From Acaryochloridaceae cyanobacterium VAR_48_metabat_390 (lineage in GTDB: Bacteria; Cyanobacteriota; Cyanobacteriia; Thermosynechococcales; Thermosynechococcaceae), in the NCBI GenBank assembly GCA_031422435.1, contig JANPLU010000033.1:1-64000 (forward strand): 64,000 nucleotides of DNA, read 5' to 3'. A program made the translations under genes and the position numbers. Shown here one piece after another: positions 41,193 to 50,331 of the stretch. Numbering within the stretch: position 1 is the first letter of the stretch; each line of letters begins with the position of its first letter. Below the pieces are notes generated by a model, which did not search any database, was not told the origin of the DNA, and saw only the letters and a program-made list of their open reading frames with translations.

Positions 41193-41579
41193 TCATTGTC
41201 CGACTGGAATACAGGCAATACAGTCCCAGCGCTTGTACCTGCGATTGTAAACCCAGTAGCCTGTTCCACCCCCAAGAGGAGTACAAACGCCACAGTCATT
41301 ACTGCTCAGTGCTGAAACAAGCGGAAGTAGCTGATTTTCCAGTGCTTGATATTGTATTTCTACAGCTTTAATCGTATCCAAAACAATCTGTAGCTGTGTC
41401 TGAACTTCTTGAGACGTACTCAGACCTCCATCTAAGAGAGGGTTTAATAGATCAGAGGCTTTTGCGTAGTCTCCAAAGGCAAGATATACCTGTGCTTCAT
41501 CAAAGGCAGAAGGATTAGATTTGAATTGATCTTCTGCATGCTGAAGTGCTTCATTGACGCTGGAGTGACGATCTAACAT
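41193..41579 (-). CDS. Small hypothetical protein with TPR-like helices and a C-terminal CxxC...CxxC motif
   Basis: 128 aa, ATG with CAGGAAAAC upstream, fills the gap upstream of the FHA gene; CGVC and CIAC. Confidence 0.65.
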   Translation of the reverse strand: MLDRHSSVNEALQHAEDQFKSNPSAFDEAQVYLAFGDYAKASDLLNPLLDGGLSTSQEVQTQLQIVLDTIKAVEIQYQALENQLLPLVSALSSNDCGVCTPLGGGTGYWVYNRRYKRWDCIACIPVGQ

Positions 41580-41694
41580 GGTGTTTTCCTGAACAACAAC
41601 AGGTTTAACGAGAATTCAAACGATTGGTTAAATGCTGAATTTTATTCGATGTGTATATATTTTTTAGGGTGAATCACGTTTGTTCCGCAACTCT

Positions 41695-42657
41695 TTATAA
41701 AAATTCACGTTCTGTTGTCCAGCGCCATCCAGGCCATTGCTCAGTCGGTAAAGGCAGCGCCTCCCCCGTAGCGGTATTTTGCATCAGCATCCCAAAGGCT
41801 CCAGCCCCTAAGCCTGCTTGAGGCCACATGCGATAGAAAGGTAGATCTGTTAGATGTGATTGATAATTCGTCAGATGTTGGACGGGTCGCGCTTTAAACT
41901 GCGGAAACTTTCGCAATAGCCACTGCCCTACCTGCTCATTTTCTTCTGGTGCAAAGGTGCAGGTGGTATAGACTAAATGCCCTCCTGGAGCCACTAACTG
42001 CGCCGCATTCGCTAAAATCCGCTTCTGCCGCTGGGCATTTTGCTTAATCGTCATGGGATGGAAACACCCCTCAGCCTTACTGCCTTTCGCTAATAGCGAC
42101 TGTCCAGAACAAGGGGCGTCTACCACCACTAAGTCTGCCGTAGATGGTAGCCGCAGCGCTAAATGACTAGGGTCTGTACTGAGGACGATCGCCGGATTCA
42201 CCCCGCACCGCTTCAAATTTCCAATCAGCATCCCCACCCGTTTCCCGATGGTTTCATTACAGATGAGCTGATCGGGCTGGTGCGATCGCCACATAAAAAT
42301 ACTCTTTCCTCCAGGTGCCGCACATACATCGATCGCCACCCTAGGATGGGTGGGCAGCGCCATCAAAACCGAAGCCGCAAACACCGAAGAAAAATCGAGG
42401 CAGTAATAATGCCCAGCTTCGTGGAGTGGATGGGCACCAGGGGTAGACCCAACCGCTAGGCGATCGACAAACTCCGGCTGCCAGGGAAGCGGCGGCTCTA
42501 CCGCAAACGGCATCACATCAGGGCGCGGTTTCAGCCATAGAATACAGGATGGGTAAGGCTGTGGATCGGTGAGCGTTTGGACAAATGTATTTTGGTCTAC
42601 GGCATCATTAAATAGTTTTTGGCTCAATTTAATGAGCAGTTGAGACGCAGGTGCCAT
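41695..42657 (-). CDS. RsmB/RsmF/NOP2-family RNA m5C methyltransferase
   Basis: DVCAAPGGKS, VDAPCSG, YTTCTFAPEENE, GAGAF. Confidence 0.92.
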   Translation of the reverse strand: MAPASQLLIKLSQKLFNDAVDQNTFVQTLTDPQPYPSCILWLKPRPDVMPFAVEPPLPWQPEFVDRLAVGSTPGAHPLHEAGHYYCLDFSSVFAASVLMALPTHPRVAIDVCAAPGGKSIFMWRSHQPDQLICNETIGKRVGMLIGNLKRCGVNPAIVLSTDPSHLALRLPSTADLVVVDAPCSGQSLLAKGSKAEGCFHPMTIKQNAQRQKRILANAAQLVAPGGHLVYTTCTFAPEENEQVGQWLLRKFPQFKARPVQHLTNYQSHLTDLPFYRMWPQAGLGAGAFGMLMQNTATGEALPLPTEQWPGWRWTTEREFL

Positions 42658-42701
42658 TGAACCCCTAAGACCTAAAAAAATGATGTGTAGGAAAAGCTAT
42701 T

Positions 42702-44267
42702 TTGATTGACCTTGAGCGCTTGCCGCGTCCTTTGTTGGCTTTTGGGGTGCCGCTACTGTTTTTTGCGATCGCCCTTTGCATAATGCCCATCGCCGAAGTG
42801 CTTCAGTTTGACCCCGATGAAGGCATTGAGCTAGCAAAGGTTACGCTCTATCGCCAAGGCTATACCCTATACGACCAAATTTGGAATGACCAGCCACCCC
42901 TCCTCACGATTTTGTTAGCGCAGTGGCTTGGGTTCTGGGGGCATAGTATCATAGCGGCGCGGCTGCTAATTCTGAGCTTTGCAGCGCTGTTGGTTGGAGC
43001 CTTTTACAGCACACTGCGGCTAACCGTTCGGCAACCCTATGCTTTGGCTGGCACCTTCGGGTTATGTCTGACGTTTGGCTTTTTGCAGTTGAGCGTGTCC
43101 GTTATGCGGGGCTTACCCGCCTTAGCCTTGGCGATGTTGGCTGTGTACTGGTTATGTCTGGGGATGTCTGGAGAGCCGTCGGGAGGGCAGACAGAACAAT
43201 CTTTATGGCAAAGATCATGGCGATGCGGTTGGATTATGGCTTCAGGGGTGTGTTTTGGGCTATCGCTGCAAATTAAGTTTGTCACCCTGCTGCTGGCTCC
43301 CGCGTGCTTAGGGCAACTTTTTAATCAAGGTACAACAAAAGGTGATCGCCCCGCTATTTTAGTAACGCTTTGGAGCATCTTCTGTGGGTTATCTTTTTTG
43401 GTCACCGGGCTGCTCACAGATGCCTTTCACCCCAGTCAACTGCTCGAGACTCATCTCAACGCTGCCACCCAAACCACCCTCCAGCAAGAACCGAGTTGGC
43501 TGAGGCTTTTGATGTTTTTGGCAGAGGATTTGGACTATTCAATATTGGCGGCAATCGGAGTCTGGCTGCTGCTGCGTCGCAATCTGTCACGCCACAATCC
43601 GGCCTTTCCTCTGTATTGGCTGCTCACCGCACTTGCTATTCTGAGTTTTCATCAGCCCCTTTGGGATCACTATTCTCTCTTTGTTGCGATTCCTGTCGTC
43701 TGGCTCGCAACTTATACCCTGGCTTATATCGCTCAGGTGTGGCCTTCCAAAAAACGTTGGAAACGCCCCATTTTTCGCAAAATATTGGCGGCTCTGGTAA
43801 TCTTTGCGATCGCCCTCATCCCCGTTAAGCTAGGCGTCAACGTTGTGATCAATCAACAGCTTACCCAAGCCTCTCACCAACAGTTTCTTGTCATTGCAGC
43901 GCTCCTGAAGTACCAAGCTCAAACCCGCTGGCTCTTTACTGACCTCCCGATCGCGTCTTTTTATGCCAACCTCAAAGTTCCACCAGAGCTAGCGGTTTTT
44001 TCCACCAAACGGATCGAATCCGGTAGCCTCAGCAATGATAAACTCTTAACCCTATTACAAACTTATCAGCCCGAACAGGTCTTGCTGGGACGCTATCCAA
44101 ACATTCAGGCTGCTTTGCAGCCCTACCTGGCCGCTCACTATGTGAGACAGTACAAGCAAGCGCAAATCTCGCTGTACGTCATAAGGTCGCTGATAGAAAC
44201 GCAATCTCCCATTATTCCTGCCATTTCCGCAACTCACTTTAGCAATTCCACATTCAAACAGCCTTAA
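42702..44267 (+). CDS. GT-C fold (ArnT/PMT-like) membrane glycosyltransferase
   Basis: DPDEG acidic loop after the first TM, NDQPPL, many TM segments, soluble C-terminal tail. Confidence 0.8.
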   Translation: MIDLERLPRPLLAFGVPLLFFAIALCIMPIAEVLQFDPDEGIELAKVTLYRQGYTLYDQIWNDQPPLLTILLAQWLGFWGHSIIAARLLILSFAALLVGAFYSTLRLTVRQPYALAGTFGLCLTFGFLQLSVSVMRGLPALALAMLAVYWLCLGMSGEPSGGQTEQSLWQRSWRCGWIMASGVCFGLSLQIKFVTLLLAPACLGQLFNQGTTKGDRPAILVTLWSIFCGLSFLVTGLLTDAFHPSQLLETHLNAATQTTLQQEPSWLRLLMFLAEDLDYSILAAIGVWLLLRRNLSRHNPAFPLYWLLTALAILSFHQPLWDHYSLFVAIPVVWLATYTLAYIAQVWPSKKRWKRPIFRKILAALVIFAIALIPVKLGVNVVINQQLTQASHQQFLVIAALLKYQAQTRWLFTDLPIASFYANLKVPPELAVFSTKRIESGSLSNDKLLTLLQTYQPEQVLLGRYPNIQAALQPYLAAHYVRQYKQAQISLYVIRSLIETQSPIIPAISATHFSNSTFKQP

Positions 44268-44281
44268 GCACTACTGAGTTA

Positions 44282-44447
44282 GGATCGTGGATTAAATAAC
44301 TTATACAGAAGCGATACACATTGCACTGCCCTCATCCCCTAACCCCTTCTCCCTAAGGAGAAGGGGAACCAGATTCTTGCTCCCCTCTCCCTAGGGAGAG
44401 GGGCTGGGGGTGAGGGCAGTGCAATAAGGTTATTTAATCCATGATCC
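44282..44447. mobile_element. MITE-like element (copy 2) with 19-bp TIRs and TTA target-site duplication
   Basis: TTA|GGATCGTGGATTAAATAAC ... GTTATTTAATCCATGATCC|TTA (18/19 inverted match); internal GC-rich double hairpin like the copy at 20374. Confidence 0.85.
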
Positions 44448-44494
44448 TTAGAGCCGAAACAGTCGCCTATGATAATCTGATCAGCAACAGATTA

Positions 44495-46651
44495 ATGGCA
44501 GCGACCAACGAACTCAAGCGCAGTGGTTCACTCTTTTTGATGAAACGGCTATTTATTTACCAGAGCCGATATCTTGATCTGCTCGGTCTGATGGGTCTGA
44601 TCGCGATCACCCTTGCCATCACGACTTTCTATATTTCTCAGGAGCAATATTTTTACTTCTGGGACTATACTCACTACTCAGACCGCGTCAGTCAATGGGT
44701 GGCAAAGCTCTACGAATCACCGTTTAAAGCGCTAGAAAACTTTGTCGATTATTTGGGCGATGACTATACTCAAATTCCGTCAATACCGCTGATGCCTTTT
44801 GCGCTGGTGTTTGGAAACTCGCGCCTCGTCTTTATTTTGAGCCTTGCCTTAGTCTATGTGGTTTCCTTTTGCTTAACGATGGGGACGATCGCCACTCAAG
44901 TCATTGCCGCTAACGCAAGATCTGTGTTTTGGTTAGCGGCCTACTTATCTATCCTAATGCCTGCGACTTGGTCATCCATTCTCCGAGGCTACCCCGATTT
45001 GGGGGGCGCTTCCTTGATGAGTCTAGCGATTCTTTTCTACTGGAAAGAGCCTCAGCTTAAGACGCGTAACCGAATGATTCAACTTGCACTGATTCTGGCG
45101 ATCGCCGTGTGGTTCCGTCGTCCCTTTGCCTACAGCGTACGGGCCTTTTTTGCGACGCTATTGGTTGAGGCCATCCTAAACTATCTCGTGTATCGCAGAC
45201 AGAAACCCAAGGCTGCACTCAATGCTTTTACAGCAAGTTGCATTAAGCTCTTCAAAACTGGTGGCTGGTTTCTGATCTTTTCGCCCGTTTTAGTCTTTAA
45301 AGTTTTGTTCGTTGACTATCGCACCCTCTATGCGTCCTACGAACTCAGCGTCCTAGAAGGTCTGCAATACTATGTCAGTGAGTTTGGTGGGTTGATCTGT
45401 ACGTTAGCCTTACTGGGCTATGGCGCTGGGTTGTGGGTACAGAATACTCGATATCGAGAGCACAGATTTTTATTAATCTGGGGTGGCCTTTCTATCACGC
45501 AGTGGATTTTTCTGGCAAAACAAAATGGCGCTCACTACACCATCCACTTCAGCCCATTTATTATTGTCGGCCTTGTTTTGTTTGCGTTCTCTGTAAGACG
45601 CATTTTGAGCACTAATTCTAGGCTATGGTTTCCTCTTCTCTTTGCAGGCGTGGGGCTAACCTCGTTTAACCTACTGTCTGGACTCACAAGTTTTGGACTC
45701 AGAACCTATTCGTTTAGATCTTTATTTGCCGTTGCAAAGCCTCCCTTATATCGAACCGACTATCAGGAATTTGCGCATTTAATCAGCTTTTTGCGAAAGA
45801 TTACGTCCGGACAGCCTTTAGACAAGAAAAATATTTATGTTGCAGCTTCCTCGCAAACTTTGACGAGCGATGCGATTCTGGCAGGCGATCGCCAGCTTTA
45901 CCCTAAAAGCCAGCTCACGGTCTTAAGAACTTCAAATATTGACTCCCGCGATGTATATCCCCTTAATGCGCTCATGAAAGCCCACTTTGTGGTGGTTGCC
46001 GTACCAGTGCAGTATCACATCAAGCCAGACGAGCAGAAAGTTGTCCGAGTGGTGGTGGATACTTTCCAACAGAATCAGCTTTTTTCTAGAGACTTTCAGC
46101 CATTTTCCAATGAGTTTACTCTAGAAAATGGCGTACAGGTCAGAGTCTATCAGCGGATTCGCGCAACGCCCCTTTCTACCGTCATTGCAATGCTTCAGGC
46201 CATGCAAGTCAAAGTTGATCGTCAGCCCGGTCGTGAACCATATTGGCTTACGCTTCAGTCAGAGGAGCCTATCAACATTGAAAAAGACATTGTTCGTACC
46301 GTTCAGATTAGAGATATCCCTCTTCGGAGCCTTGAACCCTCTTCTTTTTTGTATTTCGGCTCCCTCTCACCCTCCATCGCCCTGAATGCAACGCTCAACA
46401 CTTCCCGATGTCCAGTCTCTGGCGAATTTTCTCTAAGAGTTTCGGCTCTCAATGTTCAAGGTCAGGTACTCACCACTCAAATCTGGTCAAATTCTAAAGG
46501 AAATGAGATCAATGTCCGCTTCAAAGATTTACCCCCGCAGGCATCTTACTTACGCTTAGACCTTCAGTTTCTCAATCCTACCTCAGCACGGCAGACTGAC
46601 CCAGACTGCTCCATTTCGGTCAATAACATGGTGGTCTCAAAGGTAAAGTGA
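44495..46651 (+). CDS. Polytopic membrane protein, probable GT-C glycosyltransferase
   Basis: YFYFWDY loop after the first TM, RGYPD, many TMs, large C-terminal soluble domain; ORF-track ATG 44441 lies inside the MITE TIR, so ATG 44495 or 44540 is likelier. Confidence 0.65.
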   Translation: MAATNELKRSGSLFLMKRLFIYQSRYLDLLGLMGLIAITLAITTFYISQEQYFYFWDYTHYSDRVSQWVAKLYESPFKALENFVDYLGDDYTQIPSIPLMPFALVFGNSRLVFILSLALVYVVSFCLTMGTIATQVIAANARSVFWLAAYLSILMPATWSSILRGYPDLGGASLMSLAILFYWKEPQLKTRNRMIQLALILAIAVWFRRPFAYSVRAFFATLLVEAILNYLVYRRQKPKAALNAFTASCIKLFKTGGWFLIFSPVLVFKVLFVDYRTLYASYELSVLEGLQYYVSEFGGLICTLALLGYGAGLWVQNTRYREHRFLLIWGGLSITQWIFLAKQNGAHYTIHFSPFIIVGLVLFAFSVRRILSTNSRLWFPLLFAGVGLTSFNLLSGLTSFGLRTYSFRSLFAVAKPPLYRTDYQEFAHLISFLRKITSGQPLDKKNIYVAASSQTLTSDAILAGDRQLYPKSQLTVLRTSNIDSRDVYPLNALMKAHFVVVAVPVQYHIKPDEQKVVRVVVDTFQQNQLFSRDFQPFSNEFTLENGVQVRVYQRIRATPLSTVIAMLQAMQVKVDRQPGREPYWLTLQSEEPINIEKDIVRTVQIRDIPLRSLEPSSFLYFGSLSPSIALNATLNTSRCPVSGEFSLRVSALNVQGQVLTTQIWSNSKGNEINVRFKDLPPQASYLRLDLQFLNPTSARQTDPDCSISVNNMVVSKVK

Positions 46652-46882
46652 TCCAAGGGTATAGGATTTAGGCGATCGCCACCAGATTTGTCTTATTGCA
46701 AACCTCACGGAAGCTAGCTCAAACCGTCAGACCACTGTATTGACCCACACCGCTCTCAACCTGTAAAGTTGCAGACTGAGAGCGTGAGAGGCAAAACTCT
46801 TGTTTAGCATTGAATACAATCTAAGGGGCGCTGAGCGCTCTGAAGGTGTAGGGTTGTTTCTATTAAGGTCTAAATTGATCTC

Positions 46883-48052
46883 GTGCAAAGCCGTTCCCTG
46901 ATGGATCTTGTTCCCGAAAGCCCTACAGATTTTGTCGAACTTTCGATTGTGATGCCTTGTCTTAACGAGTCAGAAACGCTCTCCATCTGTATTACAAAGG
47001 CTCAGTGGTATATTCAGCAGCAGCATTTAGCCGCAGAGATCATCATTGCCGACAACGGCAGCACCGATGGTTCCCAGGCGATCGCCACAGGTTTTGGTGT
47101 GAAAGTGATTGAGGTAAGTGATCGTGGTTATGGCAGTGCACTTCGGGCAGGGATCGCCGCCGCCAAGGGACAGTACATCATCATGGGCGACGCAGACAAT
47201 AGCTATGACTTTACCCAGCTTTCTCCCTTTATTGACCAGTTACGGGCAGGCTATGACCTTGTAATGGGCAATCGATTTCGGGGTGGCATTCAGCCCGGTG
47301 CGATGCCGCCGCTCCATCGCTATTTAGGGAACCCTGTGTTGACCTGGATTGGTCGACTCTTTTTTGCAAGTCCCTGCCAAGATTTTCACTGTGGGCTGCG
47401 GGGCTTTCGGAAGGACGCGATTGAAGCCTTGGGTTTACGCACGACAGGCATGGAATTTGCTAGTGAGATGGTGGTCAAGGCCACACTTTACCGTCTCAAA
47501 ATTGCTGAAGTCTCCACCACATTGTCCCCTGATGGTCGTAGCCGCCCACCCCATCTAAGATCATGGCGAGATGGATGGCGACACCTGCGTTTTTTACTGC
47601 TGTACAGTCCCCGATGGCTATTTCTATACCCTGGATTGCTCTTAATGCTGGTGGGGTTTGTGAGTACACTTTTCCTGCTGTCTGGGCCAAAGGTGCATAC
47701 TTTGCTGTACTCATCCACGGCGATGCTAATTGGGTTTCAGATTGCGCTATTCTCAATCTTTACTAAAGCCTTTGGCATGAACGAAGGTCTATTGCCAACT
47801 GATCGGCGGTTTCAGAAGCTGTTGCGATATCTCAATTTAGAAGTAGGCTTAATAGTGGGAGCAATTCTAATTCTTATGGGTTTTGGCGGAACGGTCTACG
47901 CTTTTAGTAGGTGGCAGAGTCAGCTTTTTGGAGCCTTAGACCCTGCTGAAACGATGCGAGTTGTCATTCCTTCCGTAACCTGTTTTGCGCTTGGGTTCCA
48001 GGTTGTGTTTTCTAGCTTTTTTCTGAGCGTGCTGAACTTAAAGACTAAATAA
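46883..48052 (+). CDS. GT2 polyprenol-phosphate glycosyltransferase (DPM1/GtrB-like)
   Basis: SIVMPCLNE, IADNGSTDGS, GYGSAL, MGDADNSYD, DFHCGLRGF, GMEFASEM, C-terminal TMs. Confidence 0.92.
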   Translation: MQSRSLMDLVPESPTDFVELSIVMPCLNESETLSICITKAQWYIQQQHLAAEIIIADNGSTDGSQAIATGFGVKVIEVSDRGYGSALRAGIAAAKGQYIIMGDADNSYDFTQLSPFIDQLRAGYDLVMGNRFRGGIQPGAMPPLHRYLGNPVLTWIGRLFFASPCQDFHCGLRGFRKDAIEALGLRTTGMEFASEMVVKATLYRLKIAEVSTTLSPDGRSRPPHLRSWRDGWRHLRFLLLYSPRWLFLYPGLLLMLVGFVSTLFLLSGPKVHTLLYSSTAMLIGFQIALFSIFTKAFGMNEGLLPTDRRFQKLLRYLNLEVGLIVGAILILMGFGGTVYAFSRWQSQLFGALDPAETMRVVIPSVTCFALGFQVVFSSFFLSVLNLKTK

Positions 48053-48098
48053 GCGTTCCAAATCAGTTTATTTACTCATGGTAGGGTGAAAGAGCATC

Positions 48099-48947
48099 GT
48101 GATAGATAAAAATCTATTAAAACAGTTTCTACATGATTATCCATTTCAGCCCGCCACTGCCGTTTGGAGAGCTTCAGAGATTGCCCATGTCCTTCAATAC
48201 CCATTCCCCGCGGGGTATGGCCTTGATTTAGGGTGTGGTGACGGTCGGCTGACCAACATTATATTTGAACAAGTGGGTCGTCGAGATACGGTTGGAATTG
48301 ACCTTGACCCCAGCGAAACGGCTTTAGCAGAAAAGTTAAAGCTCTATCGACACATTCACGTCGCGCCTGCCGATCAAATTCCAGAGGCAGATAACACCTT
48401 TGATTGGGTATTTTCAAATTCAGTCCTAGAACATATCCCAAATCTTGATGAGGTTCTTCGAGAGGTTTCTCGGGTACTCAAGCCAGGGGGGCATTTTTTA
48501 CTCACGGTGCCAGGTCAAAATTTTCATTCCTGTTTGCGAGGTCCGTTGTGGCCTTGGTCTGATCGCAAAGCCTATCTAGATGAAGTGGATGCTCGATTTG
48601 CCTGTCTGCGCTACTGGAGTCCCGATGAATGGTCGGCACATCTTCAGCTCCATAGCCTAGAAATCCAGCGGTCTACGTTTTACCAAACACCCGCTGAAGC
48701 ACAGCGGTGGGAAACGATCGCCCGCTTTACCTCTGGCATTCTTTACGGTCTCATTGGCCGTCGGAAACAGCCGATCGAAATTCAGCGATCGCTCGGCGTC
48801 AGAAAACCTAGTGCGAAAATGCCTTGGGTTTTGGCCAGTATTCTAAGTCAGGTACTAGCGCTAGGGTTAGACAGTAAAAAATCTGACTCAGACGAAGCTT
48901 TGATGGGTGGGCTCATGCTGCTCATTCAAAAACGTACATCGTCGTAG
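48099..48947 (+). CDS. Class I SAM-dependent methyltransferase
   Basis: LDLGCGDG, FDWVFSNSVLEHIP, RVLKPGG. Confidence 0.9.
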   Translation: MIDKNLLKQFLHDYPFQPATAVWRASEIAHVLQYPFPAGYGLDLGCGDGRLTNIIFEQVGRRDTVGIDLDPSETALAEKLKLYRHIHVAPADQIPEADNTFDWVFSNSVLEHIPNLDEVLREVSRVLKPGGHFLLTVPGQNFHSCLRGPLWPWSDRKAYLDEVDARFACLRYWSPDEWSAHLQLHSLEIQRSTFYQTPAEAQRWETIARFTSGILYGLIGRRKQPIEIQRSLGVRKPSAKMPWVLASILSQVLALGLDSKKSDSDEALMGGLMLLIQKRTSS

Positions 48948-48995
48948 GGTCTCCCCCGGGCGTACTCAAAGAATAAGATTTCAGAGAACAAGTGA

Positions 48996-49871
48996 ATGCA
49001 GGCTACCTGTCAACTGTGCGAGTGTAAAGACTACCGCGAAGTCTTTACCAAGAAGGGCTACGCTCATCTTCAATGTAATCACTGCCGCAGTATATATGTC
49101 TTTCCCAGGCCTAGTGATGCTGAACTGATTGCATTTTATCGACAAGATGTAGAGCATCTCTCAACATCCTGTTGGCAAGATTCCCATCGACATGCATGGG
49201 ATTTATGGAGACAGACCTTAAAGATGGCAAAAACTAAGGCCGGAACTGGAAAACTGCTAGACATTGGCTGCGGCACGGGTGAATTTATACGGTTTGCACA
49301 GCAGGAAGGCTGGGAAGATGTAGAAGGTATTGAGGTTGTGCCTGAGGTCGCAGCGATCGCCGCTCAAAATACAGGCGCAAAAATATACGCCACAGACTTT
49401 TGGAGCGCTCCCCTCAACCCTGGCAACTACTCGGTTATTGCCATTTGGGACGTGATTGAGCATCTCAGAGATGTTAGAACTAACCTCAGCCGCATGTATG
49501 ATTTGCTAAAGCCAGGGGGCGTTTTGATTATTGGAACCGTTAACCGTGATGGGTTCTCAATTAAAACCCTGCGGCACCATGCCCGAACCTTTGGTCCTCC
49601 CGAACATCTCACCTTTTTTACCCGACAGGGGACTCGTCTGGCGTTAACAGCTCAAAAATTCAGAAGTATTAACCAGTGGTCTTCGTTTATATACCTGCAA
49701 GAATGGACTCGTTTTCTGCCCAAAAGCAAACATCCATCCAGCAATAAAATTAAGAGTAGTCATCTCAAGTTAACAGAGACAGTCCTGTTTTTATTTTTTG
49801 TTAAGCTGGTAAACATTATCCTCAGATTCACGAACCTCGGCGATGAGCTTGTTATCGTTGCACAAAAATAA
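48996..49871 (+). CDS. Class I SAM-dependent methyltransferase with N-terminal Zn ribbon
   Basis: CQLC...CNHC, LLDIGCGTG, WDVIEHL, LLKPGG, PPEHLTFF. Confidence 0.9.
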   Translation: MQATCQLCECKDYREVFTKKGYAHLQCNHCRSIYVFPRPSDAELIAFYRQDVEHLSTSCWQDSHRHAWDLWRQTLKMAKTKAGTGKLLDIGCGTGEFIRFAQQEGWEDVEGIEVVPEVAAIAAQNTGAKIYATDFWSAPLNPGNYSVIAIWDVIEHLRDVRTNLSRMYDLLKPGGVLIIGTVNRDGFSIKTLRHHARTFGPPEHLTFFTRQGTRLALTAQKFRSINQWSSFIYLQEWTRFLPKSKHPSSNKIKSSHLKLTETVLFLFFVKLVNIILRFTNLGDELVIVAQK

Positions 49872-49907
49872 TATACAGAACTAATGATCAGAGTGATTGC
49901 GGGCTAA

Positions 49908-50318
49908 ATGCAGATTACTGACTTTCTATCAAAACATCAAAAGAAGCTCATTCAATTTCTTAAATTTTTATTCTTTGGTGCATTTGGATATTGTTTTTCT
50001 ATATCTCTTCTGATTGGTTTTAAGGAGTTTCTACAGATTCATTATCTTATTGCTTGGCTTTTGGCTTGGGTTCTCACAAATTTTTTCACATTTTTCTTTA
50101 ATAATAAATATACCTTTAAGAGTGTTGATGAAACAAACCTATGGTTAAAGCTCCTAAAGTACTATGTTGTCAACCTTTCTAGCTTTTTAATCACCTTAGT
50201 CTTAATGTACATTTTGGTTGAGCTATTCAAGATATACTATCTGACGGCAACGATTGGAATCTCCCTGGTTCTTCTGGGCTACAACTTCATGATTCATAGA
50301 ATCTGGAGTTTTAAATAG
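49908..50318 (+). CDS. GtrA-family flippase-like protein
   Basis: 136 aa, four TMs, QFLKFLFFG, NNKYTFK, NFMIHRIWSF. Confidence 0.88.
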   Translation: MQITDFLSKHQKKLIQFLKFLFFGAFGYCFSISLLIGFKEFLQIHYLIAWLLAWVLTNFFTFFFNNKYTFKSVDETNLWLKLLKYYVVNLSSFLITLVLMYILVELFKIYYLTATIGISLVLLGYNFMIHRIWSFK

Positions 50319-50331
50319 TATCTTCTAAAAA

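Noticed and set aside
44441..44494. ORF-track start of the 736-aa membrane protein
   Set aside because: The ATG lies within the MITE terminal repeat; downstream ATGs at 44495 or 44540 are likelier native starts
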